From an uncultured Candidatus Saccharibacteria bacterium (GTDB taxonomy: Bacteria; Patescibacteriota; Doudnabacteria; UBA920): a DNA stretch of 64,000 bases. Shown here piece after piece: positions 58,216-64,000 of this stretch (the first letter of the stretch is position 1; the number at the start of each line of letters is the position of its first letter). Under the pieces are notes generated by a model, which did not search any database, was not told the origin of the DNA, and was given only the letters and a program-made list of their open reading frames with translations. The DNA lies in NCBI GenBank assembly GCA_964473815.1, contig CAYYQK010000003.1, positions 23,115 to 87,114 of the forward strand. The letters are read 5' to 3'. The position numbers and the translations under genes were made by a program.

Positions 58216-58539
58216 TTAACTCATCTTGATCTCAACATCAACACCTGCAGGCAGGTTGAGGTTGGTCAAAGAATCAATGGTTTTTGGAGTTGGTTCGAGA
58301 ATGTCGATCATGCGCTTATGAACGCGCATTTCGAACTGTTCGCGACTATCCTTGTGAACGAATGTTGAACGAAGTACAGTGTACTTCTTCTTTTCCGTAG
58401 GAAGTGGGACAGGTCCAGAAATAGAAGCTCCGGTGCGTTTTGCAGTTTCTACGATTTGCTTGCTGCTCTGATCGATCAGCTTATGGTCGTAGGCACGGAT
58501 CTTGATTCGGATTTTCGGCTTGTGAGCTGCTTTTTCCAT
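58216..58539 (-). CDS. rpsJ: 30S ribosomal protein S10
   Basis: IRI....YD, GPVPLPT, SREQFE motifs. Confidence 0.98.
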   Translation of the reverse strand: MEKAAHKPKIRIKIRAYDHKLIDQSSKQIVETAKRTGASISGPVPLPTEKKKYTVLRSTFVHKDSREQFEMRVHKRMIDILEPTPKTIDSLTNLNLPAGVDVEIKMS

Positions 58540-58624
58540 TAATTCTTAAAGAGTCTTGTTAAAGATTTTGGCTTATTTGAGCCATAAAATAACTAGCTAA
58601 ACTGTTATTTAGCTATTCTTGAAT

Positions 58625-58653
58625 ATTTTATATGGTTTTTCCATTTATGTCAA
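58625..58653 (-). promoter_or_regulatory. S10 operon promoter
   Basis: TTGACA-N17-TAAAAT on the - strand. Confidence 0.75.
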
Positions 58654-58801
58654 ATATTTATGAGGAAAACCTCAGCTTTTTCATCATATTTGCGATTTTC
58701 ATTGGAACTAAGAGGGATAAAATAAAATTTGTGTTACTTTGGGGGAAAATAAGCGTTATAACAGTACCAAATCTCTAAAATATTCCAAGGAGGCACAAAT
58801 C

Positions 58802-58996
58802 ATGAAATTCGGAGTTATTTTCGTTTTATTTCTGGTCATCGGTTGTTTATACTTTTTTGCTGCCTCAGCGGTAGTGCAGAGTAACAACAATCAGAATAAT
58901 ACTGTAAAGGAAATTCAAAACCAGATCAGAAACCGCAGTGTGGCAAAAACCACCCCTGAAAATCGGCAAAGCAAGCCAAAGAATGGCAAGCAATAA
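58802..58996 (+). CDS. Small secreted or membrane-anchored hypothetical protein
   Basis: AAGGAGG before ATG 58802; hydrophobic N-terminus; terminator at about 59018-59046. Confidence 0.65.
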   Translation: MKFGVIFVLFLVIGCLYFFAASAVVQSNNNQNNTVKEIQNQIRNRSVAKTTPENRQSKPKNGKQ

Positions 58997-59057
58997 CACT
59001 TTCCCCTATTTCCAACCAAAGAAGGCCTTCGTTTCGAAGGCTTTTTGGTTTTAGGCT

Positions 59058-59086
59058 TTGACATTCCCCAGTAAAGATGGCAAAAT
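59058..59086 (+). promoter_or_regulatory. sigma70-type promoter
   Basis: TTGACA-N17 (with TG)-CAAAAT; AGGAGGA before ATG 59129. Confidence 0.65.
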
Positions 59087-59128
59087 AGTTGATCTTAGAT
59101 CTTAATACTGATAATAGGAGGAACCAAA

Positions 59129-60649
59129 ATGGGTCGAATCACCAGACAAACCCTAAAAAGAGAGCGCTTTCAAAGAGTGCTGGATATTCGCTTCGTTGGT
59201 TCCTACGATTACTGGAACTACGAACATCAGAACAGTATGGACTGGGAATGGCAAGACTGGATGTCTGAAGTCTTTCCCGAAGCATCCAAATTTAATGGCA
59301 TTCTTGCGGAAGCTGGAATGCTATTACTGCACGACAAGTTTGTGAACGCTTACGAACAACACTGCGAAACCCACGACGATGAACCGCAGTGGATTAACAA
59401 ACTTCCCTATCATAATCGTGGCTTGCTGCGCTGGATTTACTTTGCGCAGTCAGATCCCGAAGACGTGTTTGAAAACTTTGCTAATCTGCCGTTCAGCGGA
59501 TTGGGTTATCAAATAATGGAAGGGTCGATTACCGAGCAGCTAATAAGAGGCTTTAAACTGCATCGACTTAGTGGCATTAAACAATTGGGCGGCTTACACT
59601 ACCCAATAATTTTTTCTCACGGTGCAGCGATGTATGTCAGAGAGTTTCCTCACGACCGCTATGCCCATTCAAATGATGTGGGAACCATGGCGATCTTAAT
59701 TCTCTACAACAACAACCGAACCGAACTTGAACTACTGACAGGCAACATGGCCGGACGTCTTCACGATATTCTCACGCCAGCGTACGGCGACAGCACAAAA
59801 CTCATCGACAAAAAAGAGTTCGATGAAGATCGGCACTTCCCCGAAGCCTTAGCAAATTTTGATTGGTCCCAAGTTCCGGCAGCTCCGAAAGGAATTGCAA
59901 AACTTTTGCCGCCAATCATCATGAACAAAGGTTTGATCGGGCAGGTTTTAGACATTGCTGACAAACTCGCGTATGTTGGTCGCGACCTGTACGAGTTCTA
60001 TGTAGCAGGTCCGAAGCTGGAAGGATACGAAGAAATTCGTAAACTCCTCCGTAAGGAACCGCAACCATGTTCTCTATGGGAATGTGCGGAAATTCAGGAT
60101 GATCAATTGTATTTTTCCGACAAGGATCGATTGATCAACTTCCTGATGATCCGGGCTACGTTGTTTTCTAAGCTCTACAACAACGCGGCTAGTCGTTTTT
60201 GGGAAAACTTCCTGATGACTTTTCTGAAGAATCAGTTATATATTCCTGGCCGGATAACTAAAACGGATTTACTTCGTATGGGTGACCGAGACGTCGAAGA
60301 TTTAATAAACCGAGAAATCGGCGAAAACTTTTTCGGCGACTGGATCGGTTCGAAGGAAGAGCGAATGGAAACTTTCGCAACGATTGAGGAAGCGCAGAAA
60401 CGACGCGCCGACTTAATTGCGAAGAACCGGTCCGTGGCGATGATTGAAAAATCTTTCGTTGCTAAGCCGGGCGTGCACTTCCATGTAGAAACCGAACGCG
60501 GCCTTCAGCCGCTTTCACAGGCTGATCCCGACGCTTCGAAACTAATCCGACAGACGATTATTCCGACCCATGAATACGCCCTGTTCTATCTTGATGTGCA
60601 TCGCAATAACTTACCCAAGAAGTTGCGACGTCCTCAAGATTGGATTTAA
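59129..60649 (+). CDS. HD-superfamily phosphohydrolase (SAMHD1/dNTPase-like)
   Basis: RL..IKQLG, H.R..HS, LHD and ADK..Y..RD motifs. Confidence 0.8.
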   Translation: MGRITRQTLKRERFQRVLDIRFVGSYDYWNYEHQNSMDWEWQDWMSEVFPEASKFNGILAEAGMLLLHDKFVNAYEQHCETHDDEPQWINKLPYHNRGLLRWIYFAQSDPEDVFENFANLPFSGLGYQIMEGSITEQLIRGFKLHRLSGIKQLGGLHYPIIFSHGAAMYVREFPHDRYAHSNDVGTMAILILYNNNRTELELLTGNMAGRLHDILTPAYGDSTKLIDKKEFDEDRHFPEALANFDWSQVPAAPKGIAKLLPPIIMNKGLIGQVLDIADKLAYVGRDLYEFYVAGPKLEGYEEIRKLLRKEPQPCSLWECAEIQDDQLYFSDKDRLINFLMIRATLFSKLYNNAASRFWENFLMTFLKNQLYIPGRITKTDLLRMGDRDVEDLINREIGENFFGDWIGSKEERMETFATIEEAQKRRADLIAKNRSVAMIEKSFVAKPGVHFHVETERGLQPLSQADPDASKLIRQTIIPTHEYALFYLDVHRNNLPKKLRRPQDWI

Positions 60650-60688
60650 AAAGCTCCCCTGCCTTACGGCCGAGGAGCTTTTCTTTTT
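60648..60688. terminator. Bidirectional terminator
   Basis: AAAAGCTCC...GGAGCTTTT with a T tract. Confidence 0.75.
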
Positions 60689-60691
60689 ATA

Positions 60692-60928
60692 TTATGCTTG
60701 TTTTGATTCCAATTTACCCACTCTTTGTTCTAGGTTATCTGTGCGGTGACCCATTACTAAAATTTCCTGCTCATTTTTCATGGTGATTTTCATAAACCCA
60801 TCGATATTATTTTGCATAGTATCAATCTTTTGTTCTATTTCTCGTAAATCTTCTTTTGTTGCAAAAACTTCCTTGAATTCTTCAATCAAGAAATTAGACA
60901 ATTGTTTTAGTTGTTCGATGGTGAACAT
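60692..60928 (-). CDS. Small coiled-coil protein (ATKEDL motif)
   Basis: FATKEDL plus heptads; candidate promoter TTGACT-N16-TACGCT ends 6 nt before the ATG. Confidence 0.75.
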   Translation of the reverse strand: MFTIEQLKQLSNFLIEEFKEVFATKEDLREIEQKIDTMQNNIDGFMKITMKNEQEILVMGHRTDNLEQRVGKLESKQA

Positions 60929-61143
60929 ATATTCAGCGTAACAAAGATCGACCGAAAGTCAATAGGTTTTTAGATAAAGTTTTCCTGAATTTTTCAAAAC
61001 AGAAACTCCCCTATTTCTAGAGGAGTTTTCTAAATTTTCAACTAATTACTGAAAACTATTTCTTTAACTAAACTATCTGCGCCCAGTTTTTCTGAAAGAA
61101 AAACGTAGCGCATCTAGTTGAGTGGGGAAAAGTTTTCTAGTAA

Positions 61144-62331
61144 TTACTTAATAATTTTAGTAACGGAACCAGCGCCAACGGTGCGGCCACCTTCGCGGAT
61201 AGCGAATTTACCGGTTTCTTCCAAAGCGATAGGAGTAATCAACTTTACGTCGATAGTCACTGTATCACCAGGCATAACCATTTCCTGACCTTCTGGCAAA
61301 ATAACTTCACCAGTCACGTCAGTGGTACGAACGTAGAACTGAGGCTTGTAACCTTTGAAGAATGGAGTGTGACGTCCGCCTTCATCTTTGGTCAAAATGT
61401 AAACTTCAGCAGAGAATTCAGTGTGAGGAGTGATAGATCCTGGCTTAGCCAAAACCTGACCACGTTCAACTTCTTCTTTCTTAATACCGCGAAGTAGCAA
61501 ACCAGCGTTATCACCAGCAGTACCACGGTCAAGTTGCTTCTTAAACATTTCCACACCAGTTACAACAGTCTTAGAAGTTGGGCGAATACCAACGATTTCA
61601 ACTTCTTCGTTGATGTTGATTTCACCACGTTCGATACGACCAGTAACTACAGTACCGCGACCTTCAATAGTGAAGATGTCTTCAATCGGCATTAGGAATG
61701 GTTTATCAGTTTCACGAACTGGATCAGGGATGAAAGTATCCAAAGCATCAACAAGCTTTAAGATAGAAGGTTCACCCATATCAGAAGTGTCGCCTTCCAA
61801 AGCCTTCAACGCACTACCACGAATGATAGGAGTGTCTTTGCCTGGGAAGTCGTACTTGGTCAACAAGTCACGGATTTCTTCTTCAACTAAATCAAGAAGT
61901 TCAGCGTCTTGAACCATGTCACACTTGTTCATGTATACAACAATGCTCTTTACACCTACCTGGTTCGCAAGCAAAATGTGTTCGCGAGTTTGAGGCATTG
62001 GACCATCAGTTGCAGATACAACCAAGATAGCACCGTCCATCTGAGCCGCACCGGTAATCATGTTCTTGATGTAGTCGGCGTGACCAGGACAGTCAACGTG
62101 CGCGTAGTGGCGCTTGTCAGATTCATACTCCGCGTGGGAAGTATTGATAGTGATACCACGAGCTTTTTCTTCCGGCGCATTGTCGATGCTACCGTAGTCG
62201 CGAGCCTTTGCTTTACCAGACTTCGCAAGCACAGTGGTGATAGCCGCAGTCAAAGTAGTCTTACCGTGGTCTACGTGACCAATAGTACCTACGTTAACGT
62301 GGGTCTTGGAACGATCAAATTGTTCAGCCAT
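61144..62331 (-). CDS. tuf: Elongation factor Tu
   Basis: [25 protein letters not shown] motifs. Confidence 0.99.
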   Translation of the reverse strand: MAEQFDRSKTHVNVGTIGHVDHGKTTLTAAITTVLAKSGKAKARDYGSIDNAPEEKARGITINTSHAEYESDKRHYAHVDCPGHADYIKNMITGAAQMDGAILVVSATDGPMPQTREHILLANQVGVKSIVVYMNKCDMVQDAELLDLVEEEIRDLLTKYDFPGKDTPIIRGSALKALEGDTSDMGEPSILKLVDALDTFIPDPVRETDKPFLMPIEDIFTIEGRGTVVTGRIERGEININEEVEIVGIRPTSKTVVTGVEMFKKQLDRGTAGDNAGLLLRGIKKEEVERGQVLAKPGSITPHTEFSAEVYILTKDEGGRHTPFFKGYKPQFYVRTTDVTGEVILPEGQEMVMPGDTVTIDVKLITPIALEETGKFAIREGGRTVGAGSVTKIIK

Positions 62332-62531
62332 TTGATTTCCTTTAACTATAAATTTTACATTCAGCGTTCCGAGACGCCCTCGATTCTTTCCCTATCGATG
62401 CGAGAAAGGAGCGAGGGATTCTCTTTTTTTCTTTCGGTTTGCACGATTGGAATCCAGAAACTCTGTTTGTAGTTTTTATAGCACCTTAATGATATAAAAA
62501 CTGGCGCGCTTGTAGGCGCCAATCACAGTTT

Positions 62532-62560
62532 ATTCTATGGACTTTCAGTAAAGATGTCAA
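62532..62560 (-). promoter_or_regulatory. tuf promoter
   Basis: TTGACA-N17-TAGAAT on the - strand. Confidence 0.75.
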
Positions 62561-62641
62561 GGTTTGTTTGATAAATACTGGCTTAAGTTGACAATTTATG
62601 AAAAAAGTTGTATGGTATAAAAAACTTTGACGAGGTGACTT

Positions 62642-63070
62642 ATGAACATAACTTCTGTGATTTTAAAAGACGCACTGCTGTTGGTCTTTTGGTTAAATAC
62701 CGCGATCCCAGCTGTTGCAATCTTCGGTTACTTAGCAGTGAAGTCGATTTGTAGTGCTTACGCTTCCATAACCTTCTTGTGGGCTAACACGTTCTGGGCT
62801 GACTGGCCAGTAAGAGAGTTCGCCGAAAGAAGAGTGGAAGAACTCCATCTTTGCGTGGTTAAGGACATGTGTCCCCACAAAGGGAATAAGGTTCACCTGT
62901 TTGTTGACCGGGCTCAATTGAAAACAATTTCGATGTTTGGAAAAAACACGGCTGTGGTTATAGTCAGTGATCTGGTCTTCGTGTGGTTAGAACGCATGTT
63001 TACCACAGGATCAATTCGAGGAGCCTTAGTGGTTCTTTGGGAAGGTTTAATCCCAATTGAGTCATATTGA
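62642..63070 (+). CDS. Hypothetical membrane protein
   Basis: TTGACA-N17-TATGGT (62588-62616), GAGGTG SD, terminator at 63105-63137. Confidence 0.7.
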   Translation: MNITSVILKDALLLVFWLNTAIPAVAIFGYLAVKSICSAYASITFLWANTFWADWPVREFAERRVEELHLCVVKDMCPHKGNKVHLFVDRAQLKTISMFGKNTAVVIVSDLVFVWLERMFTTGSIRGALVVLWEGLIPIESY

Positions 63071-63227
63071 AAATTTACTCGATTACTCGACCGTTTGTAT
63101 CGTTATATCGCCATCAAATCTTGGTGGCGATATTTTTATTAAATACCAATCGGGTTGACTAGTTAATTCAGGTTATCTATAATCACTTATCAGCTTTACA
63201 AAAGACATTCAAATACGGAGGAAGACA

Positions 63228-63761
63228 ATGAAAGTAATCAAACCTGTAACAGGGCGGAAGGTTCTGATCGGGGTAGCAATGTTCTTGGGCCTTTGTTTGG
63301 CAATATCTTATTTGGTCTCACGTTATAAAAACAAAGAGATCGACTATAAAGACATGACAGGTCTTTCGTCTGAGTCGACTGAAACTCCGCTTCCCACACC
63401 GACTCCATTGCAAGACTGGCAGGTCGAACAACAGGGAGTGATTGATTTTTTTACCACGGGGACCATTCGTGTTCTTGAAGTCTACAACTGTAATACGGCC
63501 GATAGTAACTCGCCGATTCTGTGCGACGGTTACTTATTTGCCAATAGGTACGGCGCCCGATATCGTTATGAGATCGGGTTTCGTCGAGATTATGAGTACG
63601 ACACCCCGATATCAGTCTTGTACTACAAACTAAGAAACTGGAATCTATCTCAGTGCGATGAAGTTTCTTTTAAATCTTCTACGCCCGTCGAAGAGCGTCA
63701 AGAGGGTAATGCAATGAAATACATTGAATTTGAAAGGTTCTTAGGACGACAGTGTCAATAA
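63228..63761 (+). CDS. Hypothetical single-TM protein with PT linker and Cys-containing domain
   Basis: TTGACT-N17-TATAAT (63155-63183), GGAGGA SD, terminator at 63789-63812. Confidence 0.75.
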   Translation: MKVIKPVTGRKVLIGVAMFLGLCLAISYLVSRYKNKEIDYKDMTGLSSESTETPLPTPTPLQDWQVEQQGVIDFFTTGTIRVLEVYNCNTADSNSPILCDGYLFANRYGARYRYEIGFRRDYEYDTPISVLYYKLRNWNLSQCDEVSFKSSTPVEERQEGNAMKYIEFERFLGRQCQ

Positions 63762-63868
63762 CTTTTCTGTAGATCTAGACTCAATCTCGCCGGCTTAATC
63801 CCCGGCTTTTTTATTTGCTTTTTTAAAGCGTTCGGAGTATAACTGACTTATACATAAGGAGGTGCGCC

Positions 63869-64000
63869 ATGGCAATCATTTACCGAATAACCTGGATTAG
63901 GCTCGAAGGGCAAGCACCTGTGGTGGCTGGATATTCTTTTCATTATTCACTCCAAGCCGGCACTCTTTTCCAGCAAATAATTGCTGAGAAAAACAAAACC
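63869..64000 (+). CDS. Hypothetical protein, N-terminus only (runs off window)
   Basis: TTGCTT-N17-TATAAC (63815-63843), AAGGAGGTG, and an open frame MAIIYRITWIRLEG... to the window end. Confidence 0.65.
   Translation, partial: MAIIYRITWIRLEGQAPVVAGYSFHYSLQAGTLFQQIIAEKNKT

Noticed and set aside
48898-62472. Many + strand ORFs opposite ribosomal protein genes and tuf (e.g. 53783-54289, 61909-62472)
   Set aside because: Antisense shadow frames of highly conserved genes.
1-64000. Alternative genetic code (TGA = Gly) and diversity-generating retroelement
   Set aside because: Core genes read full length in code 11 and several end in TGA (gpmI, eno). No reverse transcriptase or TR/VR repeat pair was noticed.

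Overview
Chromosomal segment of a Patescibacteria/CPR-type bacterium. Evidence: the S10-spc ribosomal protein cluster has no rpmD/L30 between rpsE and rplO, transketolase is split, there is a solitary VirD4/TraG-like ATPase and a type IV pilin, and the code is standard (TGA = stop). Nearly all core genes are on the - strand: dcw start (mraZ-rsmH-ftsL-ftsI), a two-component pair, dinB, mreB, rnhA, recJ, a glycolysis/pentose-phosphate supercluster, htrA, dnaX, secY, 20 ribosomal protein genes and tuf. I found no integrase, transposase, reverse transcriptase, CRISPR array or rRNA. Four signals stand out. (1) A RelE/BECR-like small nuclease gene converges on a separately promoted, three-way-junction small RNA (47010-47531), a candidate RNA-antitoxin system. 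(2) An aberrant tRNA-like gene (8434-8507) has a 3' trailer carrying a perfect 15-nt antisense to its own anticodon arm. (3) About ten orphan 'promoter + GGAGG + ORF + terminator' cassettes sit between core genes, which themselves lack GGAGG and often look leaderless. (4) A three-gene operon ends in a membrane-anchored LecA-like lectin. All family calls come from reading motifs by eye; no searches were run.
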